Positions 1-10,379 are shown, counted from the stretch's first letter. The stretch: 64,000 nt of DNA from Waterburya sp. (GCA_965217895.1 CBDCJV010000002.1:4928001-4992000), one strand, 5' to 3'. Made by a program: numbers and translations. Notes: generated from the letters alone by a model not told the origin.

Positions 1-147
1 CTTTTGTTTAACTTTCTCGGCTTCTTCAGAGTGAGTGTGATAATCAACTACAATCTTTGCTCCTTCTTGTGCCAAACGCTGACAGATGCTTTGTCCTAAA
101 CCACCGCTACCGCCAGTGACAATTGCCACCTTTGCTTCTAGTTTCAT
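1..147 (-). CDS. SDR family oxidoreductase, 5' part (runs off window)
   Basis: Manual translation from ATG at 147: MKLEAKVAIVTGGSGGLGQSICQRLAQEGAKIVVDY; TGxxxGxG motif; GAGG RBS upstream. Confidence 0.85.
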   Translation of the reverse strand, partial: MKLEAKVAIVTGGSGGLGQSICQRLAQEGAKIVVDYHTHSEEAEKVKQK

Positions 148-185
148 GATCAACCTCGTTTAATTTGATTTAGATTGTCCGTTGC

Positions 186-800
186 TTACCAAAAAGTTAA
201 ATTAGGAAACAGTATGGCATCTATAGAATATAGTCCTGGTCCAAATACCGCAATCAGCATCATGATTAAAACGTAAATAAAGGCTTTTTCCATACTCGGC
301 CCTTCGCCTTTACCATGTGGTCCTTTATAATAGTCGGGAGGATTCAAGTAAGGATCGCGGGCAACAAAGGGTTTGCCTGCCTTAATGTGTAGCACTAGAG
401 CAAATGCCATCGAGCCTAAAATGCCGATGCTAGCTAGTAGAGTTAGAAAACCAGCAATTAAGCAGAAGCCGCCAAAAAACATGGTTGCTGCACCGATAAA
501 ACAGAGAAATATCGGCATATTATTAAGTGACTTAGACCACTGCTTGAGGTGAGTCAACTTGGGATAGCCGTGCATTACAAAGATAATACCCATGCTAACC
601 CGAAAAATTAGCAAAATTATGCTTTTAAATACTCCTGGGAAACTATCACTAGGATAGATTAAAGCAAATGAACTTGTAGCAGATAGGGCAGGAATTTTTA
701 ATAAGATGCCGCTAGTTATCAAAAAAGCAACTACAGCAATTACAGCATAAATAAATTTGCTGATAAATTTGTTCATTATTTTCCAATTTTTAATATTCAA
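186..800 (-). CDS. DoxX family membrane protein
   Basis: R..MG..F..HGYPKL and E.A motifs, hydrophobic helices; start may be ATG at 776. Confidence 0.8.
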   Translation of the reverse strand: MNIKNWKIMNKFISKFIYAVIAVVAFLITSGILLKIPALSATSSFALIYPSDSFPGVFKSIILLIFRVSMGIIFVMHGYPKLTHLKQWSKSLNNMPIFLCFIGAATMFFGGFCLIAGFLTLLASIGILGSMAFALVLHIKAGKPFVARDPYLNPPDYYKGPHGKGEGPSMEKAFIYVLIMMLIAVFGPGLYSIDAILFPNLTFW

Positions 801-1705
801 GGTACTTGTACACCTCTTGTATTAAGGTCGATCGCATACAAAGAGGTTTTAGCCGTAATAAACAGGCGGTTTTTCTCTTCACCGCCAAAAGTAAGGTTAG
901 TACATACTTCTGGCACGAATATTTTACCCAAGCAAGTACCGTCAGGAGCGTATACCTGTATACTATCGGCAGAACTGGTAAAAATATTGCCTTCTACATC
1001 AACGCGAAATCCATCGGGTTCTCCAGGCTCGATGGTGGCGAAAACTCGACCTTCTTTTACATAGCGGTTTTCTGTCACTTCATAGACGCGAATATCATGA
1101 TGTTGCTGAGGATGTTCGGCAGCAGAAGTATCCGATACATATAGCAAACTTTCATCGGGACTAAATGCCAGTCCGTTAGGTTTTTCCATCTCCTTAATCA
1201 CCGCATCTATTTCTCCCGTAGCAGGATCGAAACGATAGATAAAATCCCCAGCTTGTTCTTGTTCGCCCCCGTACCCTTGGTCTTCGTGAGTGATCCCGAA
1301 AGTCGGGTCTGTAAACCAGATCGTCCCATCGCTTTTTACTACTAAGTCATTGGGACTGTTAAAGCGTAGACCCCAGGCGCGATCTATCAAAACTCGCCAC
1401 TCACCATCTGCTTCGCGCCGAACAATTGCTCGTTGACCTTGAGAACAGGAAACAAGACGACCCTCGAGGTCACGATAGTTACCACTTTGATAGTGGGATG
1501 GCTGACGAATAATGCTGTTGCCATCAGTCGGACTCCAGCGCAACAGACGGTTATCGTGGGCATCACTCCAAATTATGCTGTCATCCTCATGGAAATAAAC
1601 AGGTCCTTCTCCATGAACCGTTCCATCCGTAAGCTTTTGCAGGGTAGCACCCCGACGCAACAGAGGTTTAAGGCGATCGTCATAAATTTCAATACCTTCA
1701 GGCAT
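797..1705 (-). CDS. SMP-30/gluconolactonase/LRE family protein
   Basis: EGPVY, FNSPNDL, PNGLAFSPDE and PDGFRVD motifs. Confidence 0.92.
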   Translation of the reverse strand: MPEGIEIYDDRLKPLLRRGATLQKLTDGTVHGEGPVYFHEDDSIIWSDAHDNRLLRWSPTDGNSIIRQPSHYQSGNYRDLEGRLVSCSQGQRAIVRREADGEWRVLIDRAWGLRFNSPNDLVVKSDGTIWFTDPTFGITHEDQGYGGEQEQAGDFIYRFDPATGEIDAVIKEMEKPNGLAFSPDESLLYVSDTSAAEHPQQHHDIRVYEVTENRYVKEGRVFATIEPGEPDGFRVDVEGNIFTSSADSIQVYAPDGTCLGKIFVPEVCTNLTFGGEEKNRLFITAKTSLYAIDLNTRGVQVP

Positions 1706-1740
1706 AATAAGTCAACCTTATTAGCAATAATTTTCCAGAT

Positions 1741-2187
1741 TTAAGCAAAGTCACCAGGTTGTGCAGCTAGCCATTTCTTATCTTTTAGCTGCACTACCAT
1801 TAATACTGCTGGCTCATCACCTACCGTACCCGATAGATGACCTTTATGTCCTTTTTCATTGGGTTTTGTGTTTTGATCGCCACCAAAAGAAACCTCCCCA
1901 GCACCCATTTCGACCCTCGTACCGTCCGTTGTCTCGACAAACCATTTACCAGACAGAGGTACGATCCACTGAGGCTTAGGATTTTCATGCCACTCACCCA
2001 CCCAGCCAACTGGCTGGGTGGTAAATAATATCTCTGCGTCACTAGTAAGCAAATGGTCATTCCATTGGGGATCTGCACCGCCACCCATGCTTTCTTTGGC
2101 AAAATTAGTCAATTCACATTGGGTTTGATGACTAATACCATCTTCGTCTGTCCACACGTGCCAGTATTTTATCTTTGGTTTGCTCAT
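1741..2187 (-). CDS. cupin domain protein
   Basis: WHENPKPQW...LSG.W.VETTDG and GH motifs. Confidence 0.8.
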   Translation of the reverse strand: MSKPKIKYWHVWTDEDGISHQTQCELTNFAKESMGGGADPQWNDHLLTSDAEILFTTQPVGWVGEWHENPKPQWIVPLSGKWFVETTDGTRVEMGAGEVSFGGDQNTKPNEKGHKGHLSGTVGDEPAVLMVVQLKDKKWLAAQPGDFA

Positions 2188-2236
2188 GTTTTTTTAGCTT
2201 TTTTATGATGAATAAAATAACAACGCGAGGTTATAA

Positions 2237-2376
2237 CAGTGCTTCCTGTTTAAGCCTTTTTATGGATTGATTGTATTTAGGAAAGGTCTACGTAAGTTGC
2301 GCTCTTGTTCTTTTTTCTTTGCCCTTTGCCCCTTAATCTTATAGACCGATTGACACCTATTAAACAAGAAGTATTG
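2237..2376. mobile_element. MITE (~140 bp)
   Basis: Imperfect 17-bp TIRs CAGTGCTTCCTGTTTAA / TTAAACAAGAAGTATTG; flanking direct repeat GAGGTTATA at 2227-2235 and 2377-2385. Confidence 0.75.
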
Positions 2377-2394
2377 GAGGTTATAGTACCTGAC

Positions 2395-3354
2395 TTATGT
2401 AGGCATCAGTTGCTGAAGTTTCTCTGGTTCTTCTCCCAGCCAATCAGGATTTTGAGCAGTGCTGTCAAAAATTGAAGAGGTTTTGAATGGCTCAAATTCT
2501 CCTTTCGCTCCTGCCTGTGCCGTTTTATCTAATAACGATTGTACCTGTTGTTCGTCCATTGGCTCAAAGCTACTTACGGCTTCAAATGCTTGGTCGAGAA
2601 TTTCGAGACTGTCAATTCCAGTAATTACCACTGAAGTAGGTAAATTGAGAGCATAATGCAGACACTCGATGGGAGTAGCAGTATTAGAGCGTAAAAGTAT
2701 ACCGTTTGCCATCGTTTTCATCGCCAAAATCCCAATATTTTGTTTAACTAATTCTGGAACAACTAACTTAGCAAAGCTACGGTAATGAGCATCCATTACA
2801 TTTAAGGGCATTTGAACTGTATCAAACTTAAAGTCGTTTTCGGCTGCCACTTTGAGCATATGTAAATGAATTTGGGGATCTTTATGTCCCGTAAAGCCGA
2901 TATATCGCAGCTTGCCAGCTTCTTTGGCTTCAATAAAAGCTGCATGAGCGCCTTGTTCGTCAAATACTCTGTGGGGGTCTTCGTAGCGGATAATTTCGTG
3001 ATACTGGATGAGATCGATGTAATCTACTTGATGACGCTGTAAAGATTCGTCTATCTGTTTGGCAGCTTCTTTTTTCGAGCGACCATCAATTTTGGTCATC
3101 AAAAACACTTTTTCTCGATAGCCGTCACGAAGAGCTTTGCCCATGCGTTGCTCACTGATTCCATCATTGTAATCCCAACTATTATCCATAAAAGTGATAC
3201 CGCGATCAATCGCTGTACGAACAATTCGGATACCTAGCTGCTCATCAACGTTTGGCAAGCCGATATGCCAACCGCCCAGTCCAATAGCTGAAACCTGTTC
3301 TCCTGTGCTACCAAGCTCTCGATATAGCATTTGTGATTGATTATTAGCTGACAT
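2395..3354 (-). CDS. aldo/keto reductase
   Basis: YRELG.TG..VSAIGLGG, D....Y, KVFLMTK, DYIDLIQYH, GKLRYIG. Confidence 0.92.
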   Translation of the reverse strand: MSANNQSQMLYRELGSTGEQVSAIGLGGWHIGLPNVDEQLGIRIVRTAIDRGITFMDNSWDYNDGISEQRMGKALRDGYREKVFLMTKIDGRSKKEAAKQIDESLQRHQVDYIDLIQYHEIIRYEDPHRVFDEQGAHAAFIEAKEAGKLRYIGFTGHKDPQIHLHMLKVAAENDFKFDTVQMPLNVMDAHYRSFAKLVVPELVKQNIGILAMKTMANGILLRSNTATPIECLHYALNLPTSVVITGIDSLEILDQAFEAVSSFEPMDEQQVQSLLDKTAQAGAKGEFEPFKTSSIFDSTAQNPDWLGEEPEKLQQLMPT

Positions 3355-3412
3355 TTTTTTCCTTTTAATTTATTTTTGTACTCGGACTGAATTGGGTATG
3401 TTTAAGAGTAAT

Positions 3413-4360
3413 TTAAACAGTGATTAACATCATTGCGTGTCCATTAGGATCTTTGACGATGCAAGCTTGAGAATAAGGATAGGAGTCGGGAAACTGGATG
3501 ATTTTAGGTGAAATAACTTTAACTCCGTTTTCTTTTAGAGTATTTATTGCTCCTTCGATATCCTCAACTACAAGCTGTACCTGCATAGATGCAATATCGT
3601 AACTTTGCCAATCATCGGCAAAGGGACGACCTGTTCCAGGGACGATGTAATCGAGTAATTCTATGCCCAAACCTTTTTGTTTGGGTCGCGTTCCTGTTAC
3701 TCGTACTTTAGCTTCTGGCAAACCATCGAGATGAGCCTGAATTTCGCCAGAGTTGATATTGCTTTCTTCAACCTCCATCCCTAAAAGATCTCGATAAAAT
3801 TTGAGACTTTGTTCCGTATCGGCTACAGCGATCGCAGTATGGTCGATGCCTAAAAATAATTCTTCGGTATTTTGTCGCCACTTTTCTTTGCTAAGCTCAG
3901 GTGGAAACCAAATTATTTCTAAATCGTGACCGTCTGGGTCTTTAAACTTGAAGGCACGTATGCCATTCGGAAGAGTTTGCAGTTTACTAGAAATCGGCTC
4001 GATCTCAAAAGATGTTACACGATCGTAGGCGCGATCTATATCACTTACTACAATTGCCATGTGCTGAAACCACAGGTCATTACTCTGGGAATCAGTCGGA
4101 ATGGGTTTTCCCTCGATATCGAGATATTCGATAAGCTCGATCAGTTCATCCCCAAGCTGCAATGTAACAAGGCGAATTTTGGTCGGTTTGATCCCTGCTA
4201 GTTCGCTGTAGTAACTTTCTTCAACCGTGAGATCGTCAATTAGCTTAAAGGAAAATGCTTGAGTATAAAATGAAAGCGATCGCTCTGCATCACTTACTGT
4301 TGAGCTTATAGCTCGAACTTTTTGTACCTGAACGTTGTTGGTGCGGGTTAAGGTCGTCAT
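3413..4360 (-). CDS. VOC (glyoxalase-like) protein, tandem domains
   Basis: FQHMAIVVSD, FKDPDGHDLE, IDHTAIAV, KDPNGH motifs. Confidence 0.88.
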   Translation of the reverse strand: MTTLTRTNNVQVQKVRAISSTVSDAERSLSFYTQAFSFKLIDDLTVEESYYSELAGIKPTKIRLVTLQLGDELIELIEYLDIEGKPIPTDSQSNDLWFQHMAIVVSDIDRAYDRVTSFEIEPISSKLQTLPNGIRAFKFKDPDGHDLEIIWFPPELSKEKWRQNTEELFLGIDHTAIAVADTEQSLKFYRDLLGMEVEESNINSGEIQAHLDGLPEAKVRVTGTRPKQKGLGIELLDYIVPGTGRPFADDWQSYDIASMQVQLVVEDIEGAINTLKENGVKVISPKIIQFPDSYPYSQACIVKDPNGHAMMLITV

Positions 4361-4394
4361 TGCTCAATCTCCAATTTAAAAAGCTAATAGCTAA

Positions 4395-4455
4395 TAGCGC
4401 GAAAGCTTCGCTTTCCAGTCGTCTTACGACAATCTGAGCCTTCGGCTTTGCGCTA
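4395..4455. repeat. three-arm cloverleaf small dispersed repeat next to CTAATAG heptamers
   Basis: Closing stem TAGCGC/GCGCTA with arms GAAAGC/GCTTTC, GTCGT/ACGAC, GAGCC/GGCTT; related copy at 32821-32888. Confidence 0.75.
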
Positions 4456-4514
4456 CAATTTGCGCTAAGAACAGATTACTTTTTTTTCATACCTAAAATT
4501 AGCAACGCCAAAGA

Positions 4515-5423
4515 TTACACTGGCATCTGACCGCCAGTGATCCCCATGACCTCACCAGTAATATAACTTGATTCTTGAGAAGCAAGCAGTACATAGAGAG
4601 GAGCAACTTCTGCTGGCTGACCAGGACGTTTAAAGGCTGTACTAGAGCCAAACTTCTCTATTTTATCTTGAGGTTGTCCTCCGCTAGATTGTAGAGGAGT
4701 CCAGAAAGGTCCTGGTGCGACTGCATTGACCCTAATCCCTTTTTCGGCTACCTGCTGTGCGAGTGCTTTGGTGAACGCTACAATCGATGATTTGGTAGGG
4801 GCATAGTCTAGTAGAGATGCCGATGGATCGAATGCCTGGATAGAAGTGGTATTAATAATCGCTGCTCCCGCATCCAGATGAGGCAAAGCAGCTTTACAAA
4901 TCCAAAACAAAGCGTACACATTTACTTTAAAAGTATTGTTAAACTGCTCGGTAGTAAGCTCCTCGATCGATTTTTGTGCAGTTTGCCGACCAGCGTTATT
5001 GACCAGAATGTCTAGTCCGCCCAACTGCCCAACGGCTTTTTCTACTAAAGTTTTACAGAAGCTTTCGTCTGAAATATCGCCAGGAATGGCAACGGCTTTT
5101 CTACCATCTGCTTCAATCAGCTCGACCACTTCCTGCGCGTTTGATTCCTCACTATCGAGGTAGTTAATGGCTACATCTGCGCCTTCTCTGGCATAGGCAA
5201 TAGCAACAGCACGACCAATACCAGAATCTCCTCCAGTGATCAGAGCCTTTCTTCCTTCTAGCCGACCAAAACCTTGATAGCTGGTTTCTCCATGATCGGG
5301 AACAGGATCCATCCGATCCGTAGAGCCAGGTCTGTCCTGTGGCTGTCGGGGAAAGGGTGGTTTTGGATATTGTTCGAGTGGATTTTGCTTAGTATACTGA
5401 TTGACTGTTTTTGTATTGTTCAT
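4515..5423 (-). CDS. SDR oxidoreductase (YghA/general-stress type)
   Basis: [17 protein letters not shown] (YxxxK); Pro-rich N-terminus PDHGETSY. Confidence 0.93.
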   Translation of the reverse strand: MNNTKTVNQYTKQNPLEQYPKPPFPRQPQDRPGSTDRMDPVPDHGETSYQGFGRLEGRKALITGGDSGIGRAVAIAYAREGADVAINYLDSEESNAQEVVELIEADGRKAVAIPGDISDESFCKTLVEKAVGQLGGLDILVNNAGRQTAQKSIEELTTEQFNNTFKVNVYALFWICKAALPHLDAGAAIINTTSIQAFDPSASLLDYAPTKSSIVAFTKALAQQVAEKGIRVNAVAPGPFWTPLQSSGGQPQDKIEKFGSSTAFKRPGQPAEVAPLYVLLASQESSYITGEVMGITGGQMPV

Positions 5424-5474
5424 AATAATGCTGTTCTTGTAGTTTTGAAAAAAATTGGTCTTAGTTTAAGCTAG

Positions 5475-5741
5475 TCAATTTCGTAAACCTTTAAACCAAA
5501 GCCAAATACCTGCTCCTGCCATAATTAATAAGGCAAGAGCATTATAAAACGGATAAAAAGAACTCAAGTCGATAGCCCCAAATTTACCTGTATGGATATC
5601 TATCAACCATCCATATTGTTTATCTTTTCCTGCTAAATCCGCTAAATGGAAAAGTCCACCTGTTATTGGAGTCAGGATTAAGGGAATAATTACAAAGGGA
5701 GCAAGGCTATATTTGATCTTTTTTAGACGACTGGCGCGCAT
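5475..5741 (-). CDS. small two-TM membrane protein (PepSY-associated TM-like)
   Basis: PLILTPITG and WLIDIHTG motifs, two hydrophobic segments. Confidence 0.6.
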   Translation of the reverse strand: MRASRLKKIKYSLAPFVIIPLILTPITGGLFHLADLAGKDKQYGWLIDIHTGKFGAIDLSSFYPFYNALALLIMAGAGIWLWFKGLRN

Positions 5742-5777
5742 ATTTAGTTACGATAATTTGCTTTAAGCTATTATCTC

Positions 5778-6656
5778 TTAAGCTGATAACTGTCCGCCAG
5801 TTACGTCATAAAGTGCGCCTGTTACAAAGCTACTGTCAGAACTACCTAAGAAAACATAAGCTGGAGCTAATTCTTCTGGTTGAGCAGTACGCTTAATGAT
5901 ACCATCGCTATCGTAGTTATCTACTTGCTTAGCAGTCATTGTCGCGGGAATATTAGGAGTCCAGACGGGCCCTGGTACTACAGAATTAACCCGAATACCG
6001 CGATCGCCTAAGTTTAATGCCAAAGATTTGGTGAAAGTATGGACTGCACCTTTAGAGGTGGCATAATCAATCAGAAAGTTTTTACCCATTTTGCCGACAA
6101 TGCTACCAGTATTGATAATCACATCACCTTCTTCTAAATGAGGTAGAGCAGCCTTAACCATGTAAAAATAGCCGAAGACGTTAGTTTCCATCGTGCGACG
6201 AAACTGTTCTAAGGTAATGTCTTCAAACTTTTTCTGCACCATTTGGTAAGCAGCATTATTGATCAGAATGTTTAACTTACCAAAGCGATCGACTACTTGC
6301 TTAATCGCCGATTCACAATCTTCATAGTTGCGAACGTCACCTTTAATTACCAGACAGTCTTTATTGCCAATGTCTTTAACCATTTTTTTTGTCTTTTCCG
6401 CATCACCGTCATTTTCGTTGTAGAAGATGGCTACTTCTCCTCCTTCCATGGCATAGGCGATCGCTACGGCGCGACCGATTCCAGAGTCTGCACCAGTAAT
6501 AAATGCTACTTTCCCCTTGAGTTTTCCTGCGGGAGAGTAGTTAGACAGATCGCTATCTGGCTGAGGAGTCATATCTGCTTGGGATGCAGGATATTCCAAT
6601 TGCTGTGGGGGAATATCATCGGGAGTTGGACGACGTTCTTGTTTTTCTGTTACCAT
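5778..6656 (-). CDS. SDR oxidoreductase (YhdF/general-stress type)
   Basis: TGADSGIG, NNAA, YATSK. Confidence 0.93.
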   Translation of the reverse strand: MVTEKQERRPTPDDIPPQQLEYPASQADMTPQPDSDLSNYSPAGKLKGKVAFITGADSGIGRAVAIAYAMEGGEVAIFYNENDGDAEKTKKMVKDIGNKDCLVIKGDVRNYEDCESAIKQVVDRFGKLNILINNAAYQMVQKKFEDITLEQFRRTMETNVFGYFYMVKAALPHLEEGDVIINTGSIVGKMGKNFLIDYATSKGAVHTFTKSLALNLGDRGIRVNSVVPGPVWTPNIPATMTAKQVDNYDSDGIIKRTAQPEELAPAYVFLGSSDSSFVTGALYDVTGGQLSA

Positions 6657-7005
6657 CTTTCATTTCTCCGTTTTTGATTAAGTATTTGTAGTAATTAAGC
6701 CTTCATACCAGTTGCTAAGGCGCGAATTATGTAGTTGATAATTTCGCTTTTCTACGAGCAAAACTTAATTTAGATAACTATTAGTTTTATTTAATTCTTT
6801 AACCAGTCAGCAATCCTCCCTCAAAAGATATACCTTGGCATTATTAAGAAAGATTAAATTTTTGAATCATATTTTTTAGTTATAGATAAATCGCATTACT
6901 AGAATTTACCTACACAAAGCTTAATAGTAACTAACTCTAAGGATAGAGGCTTAAGGGGCAGTTTTGAGTTTAGCTAAAAACATAAAACTAAAATGCAAAA
7001 CTACT

Positions 7006-9363
7006 ATGGAAGAAACGCGAGATAGTATTGCAGATATTTGGGGTCAACGAACTCCCTATGTAGACAATTGGCCGACTAGAGTGGACGAGCGCATTCTTGA
7101 AAAACCCGAACGATGGGTGCAATCTGCTTGTATGCTCTGCTCGAATGGCTGTGGCATGGATATTGGCGTGAAAGGCGATCGCCTTGTCGGGGTTCGCGGT
7201 CGGGCTGTCGATGCCGTCAACCACGGCAGATTAGGACCAAAAGGTTTGCATAGCTGGATCGCAAATCATAGTAAAGATCGTCTCAAGAATCCTTTAGTTC
7301 GACGTAACGGTCAACTAGAAGAAGCAAGCTGGGATGAAGCAATGGATTTAATCGTGGAGCGTTCCCAAGAAATCATCGCTAAACATACCAGTGGCGCGAT
7401 CGGTTTTTATACTAGCGGACAACTATTTTTAGAAGAATATTACACTTTGGGCGTTATTGGCAAGGCAGGCTTGGGTACGCCTCACATGGATGGCAACACA
7501 CGCCTGTGTACGGCGACGGCAGCAGCAGCGTTACAGGAGACGTTTGGCTCGGACGGACAGCCGGGTTCTTACACCGACCTAGACACTACCGATGCCATTT
7601 TGCACGTCGGACATAACATTGCCGAACAACAGACCGTGTTATGGATGCGAATTCTCGATCGCCGCAGGGGTTCAAAGCCTCCGAAATTAGTGGTCATCGA
7701 CCCCCGCACTACTCCTACAGCTAAAGAAGCAGACGTACATCTAGCACCGCGCCTTGGGACAAATATTCCAGTTATGAACGGTCTGCTTAATTTAATTATT
7801 GAAGCTGGACAGATTGACAGGGATTATATTCAAGCTCATACGGTTGGCTTCGAGCAGTTGAAATCAACGGTGAGTCAATGGAGTTGCGATCGCGTCGAAG
7901 AAGTAACGGGAATACCTGCCGAGAAGTTACGCGCTGCTGCCGATATTTTGGGTTCGACTCCGACGTTGGTATCTACTGCCCTTCAAGGAGTTTACCAATC
8001 GATGCAGGGAACGGCAACAGCCTGTCAGATTAATAATTTACATTTAATTCGTGGTTTAATCGGGCGTTCGGGTTGTGGCATTTACCAAATGAACGGTCAA
8101 CCGACGGCACAAAACACCCGTGAATGTGGTGCTGATGGCGCGCTGCCAGCCTTTCGTAATTGGGATAATCCCGAACACATTGAAGAACTGGCAAGACTTT
8201 GGAATGTAGAACCAAACATTATTCCCCACTGGGCACCTCCAACCCACGCCATGCAAATTTGGCGTTATGCAGAGAAAAGTTCGATTAAAATGTTGTGGAT
8301 TAGTGCCACCAATCCAGCCGTATCCCTGCCCGATCTCCCTCGCGTCCGTCGCATTCTCGAACAGGATGAGTTGTTTACCATCGTACAAGACCCGTTTATG
8401 ACAGAAACAGCCCAACGTGCCGATGTAGTTTTACCCGCAGCAATTTGGGGCGAAAAAACGGGTTGCTATACCAATGTCGATCGCACCGTCCATATTTCTC
8501 ATCAGGCGATCGCTCCTCCAGGAGAAGCGCGATCGGATTTAGAAATTTTCCTTGACTATGCCCGTCGGATGGATTTTCGCGACAAGGATGGCGCGCCTTT
8601 GATTAAGTGGAGCGATGCAGAAGGAGCTTTTGAGGCTTGGAAAGAATGCACTCGCGGTCGTCCTTGTGACTATACTGGCATGAGCTATGCCAAGCTAAGA
8701 GGTTCGGGGATTCAGTGGCCCTGTAACGAACAGTTTCCCAATGGGACACCCCATCTCTACACTGATGGCGTATTTAATACCAGTGCCGATTATTGCGAAA
8801 ACTTCGGTCACGATTTAGTTACTGGTGCTGCCGTCACACCAGAAGAATACCGCGCCAAAGATCCTCAAGGCAAAGCTTTTCTCAAAGCTGCCGACTATCA
8901 ACCACCCCACGAACAGCCCGATGAAGAATATCCACTCTGGTTAACTACTGGTCGAGTCGTCTATCACTTTCATACTAGAACCAAAACAGGAAGGTCAAAA
9001 GAACTCTCCAAGGCTGCCCCAGATGCCTTTGTTCAGATTTCTTCAGAAGATGCAAGAAAGTATGGGATTGAAGACGGCGACCTGGTTGAAGTAAAATCCC
9101 GTCGGGGTCGAGTGATTGAACCCGCTCGAATTGGGGATATCGAACCAAGACACGTATTTATTCCCTTTCATTACGGTTATTGGGACAATCCAGACCGCCC
9201 TCGTGCTGCCAACGAGTTAACCATTACCGAATGGGATCCAGTCAGTAAGCAGCCTCATTATAAATATGCTGCCGTCAAAATTAATCCCCTAGCGCGAGTT
9301 CGGGAAGTCGAAGCACAAAGCGATTACGAAGTAGCAGCCCAGCGATCGCCAAACAGTAAGTAG
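7006..9363 (+). CDS. Mo-bisPGD oxidoreductase, NapA/NasA nitrate-reductase-like
   Basis: CxxCxxxC, NTRLC Mo-ligand motif, GQPTAQN, LTTGR..HFHTRTKT, C-terminal molybdopterin dinucleotide domain; ATG 7006 preferred over TTG 6964. Confidence 0.88.
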   Translation: MEETRDSIADIWGQRTPYVDNWPTRVDERILEKPERWVQSACMLCSNGCGMDIGVKGDRLVGVRGRAVDAVNHGRLGPKGLHSWIANHSKDRLKNPLVRRNGQLEEASWDEAMDLIVERSQEIIAKHTSGAIGFYTSGQLFLEEYYTLGVIGKAGLGTPHMDGNTRLCTATAAAALQETFGSDGQPGSYTDLDTTDAILHVGHNIAEQQTVLWMRILDRRRGSKPPKLVVIDPRTTPTAKEADVHLAPRLGTNIPVMNGLLNLIIEAGQIDRDYIQAHTVGFEQLKSTVSQWSCDRVEEVTGIPAEKLRAAADILGSTPTLVSTALQGVYQSMQGTATACQINNLHLIRGLIGRSGCGIYQMNGQPTAQNTRECGADGALPAFRNWDNPEHIEELARLWNVEPNIIPHWAPPTHAMQIWRYAEKSSIKMLWISATNPAVSLPDLPRVRRILEQDELFTIVQDPFMTETAQRADVVLPAAIWGEKTGCYTNVDRTVHISHQAIAPPGEARSDLEIFLDYARRMDFRDKDGAPLIKWSDAEGAFEAWKECTRGRPCDYTGMSYAKLRGSGIQWPCNEQFPNGTPHLYTDGVFNTSADYCENFGHDLVTGAAVTPEEYRAKDPQGKAFLKAADYQPPHEQPDEEYPLWLTTGRVVYHFHTRTKTGRSKELSKAAPDAFVQISSEDARKYGIEDGDLVEVKSRRGRVIEPARIGDIEPRHVFIPFHYGYWDNPDRPRAANELTITEWDPVSKQPHYKYAAVKINPLARVREVEAQSDYEVAAQRSPNSK

Positions 9364-9833
9364 TGAGAAGTAAAATGCACGTAGGAAATTATTTGGGATT
9401 AATTCACCATAGCGAGCAACAGCTTGCCGATGCGTTTGAGACAATTGCCGAACATCATGGGGACGAACCAGATATCTATCAAAATTGTCTGCTGTTATCG
9501 TCTTGGTCGCAGCAACACGTCCAAGCACTCAAACCACTAATCGATCGCTATTCAGAAACAAAAAGCGAAGAACCAGAGCGACTTACTAAAACACTGTTTG
9601 AAGAACCGCGCACTGGTAGTCTTGCTTTACTGCGAGATTTACACGATCTTTGGTTGCTAGCTAATGAAGTATATTTGTGCTGGATAGTTTTATTACAGGC
9701 AGCACAAGCTTTAAGAGATCGAGAATTAGAAACAGTGTGTCAGCAATTGGATGACGAAACCAAGCGACAGATTTCTTGGTTAATGACTCGAATCAAACAC
9801 GCTTCACCACAGACATTAGTAGTTGCAGAGTAA
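9363..9833 (+). CDS. hypothetical four-helix (ferritin-like) protein coupled to the Mo enzyme
   Basis: Start overlaps upstream stop (TAGTG); helical, with SE, H, RDLHD..E and ETKRQ candidate metal ligands. Confidence 0.65.
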   Translation: MRSKMHVGNYLGLIHHSEQQLADAFETIAEHHGDEPDIYQNCLLLSSWSQQHVQALKPLIDRYSETKSEEPERLTKTLFEEPRTGSLALLRDLHDLWLLANEVYLCWIVLLQAAQALRDRELETVCQQLDDETKRQISWLMTRIKHASPQTLVVAE

Positions 9834-9845
9834 GGAGTTGCGATC

Positions 9846-10379
9846 GTGACTAAAAATAGCCAAAACAATCAACCTTCAGAAAACTGGTTTTCTAAATTAC
9901 CAGATTTTATTTGGGCACCTTTAGCTTCTGGTTTATTAATCCTCGCAGTTGGTCTAATTGGTGTGACAGTAGGTCAACCGTGGCTGTTTCCCAGTCTGGG
10001 ACCTACTGTATTTTTACTGGTTGAAAATCCTCAATTGCCTTCGGCTCGATTTTATAACATTGTTGTTGGTCATGCGATCGGATTTGGTGCTGGTTGTCTT
10101 GCTGTAACTGTTATGGGTGCTGGAAATGCTCCAGGAGTACTTGCGTCTAACCAACTTACCCTGATTCGCGTTTGGACTGCTTTGCTAGCGGTACTATTAA
10201 ATATGTTGGGAGTTATACTCGCCCGTGCTTCTCATCCACCCTCGGCTGCTACAACCTTACTGGTTGCTCTTGGTGGTTTTAAACCAACTTGGCACAATGC
10301 ACTAACAGTAATTATTGGCGTTTTTCTCGTAGCGATAATAGGCGAGGGATTGCGATTTTTAAGACTTAGCAAAACATAA
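9846..10379 (+). CDS. HPP family membrane protein
   Basis: SLGPT, P...NIVVGH and HPPSAAT motifs. Confidence 0.9.
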   Translation: MTKNSQNNQPSENWFSKLPDFIWAPLASGLLILAVGLIGVTVGQPWLFPSLGPTVFLLVENPQLPSARFYNIVVGHAIGFGAGCLAVTVMGAGNAPGVLASNQLTLIRVWTALLAVLLNMLGVILARASHPPSAATTLLVALGGFKPTWHNALTVIIGVFLVAIIGEGLRFLRLSKT

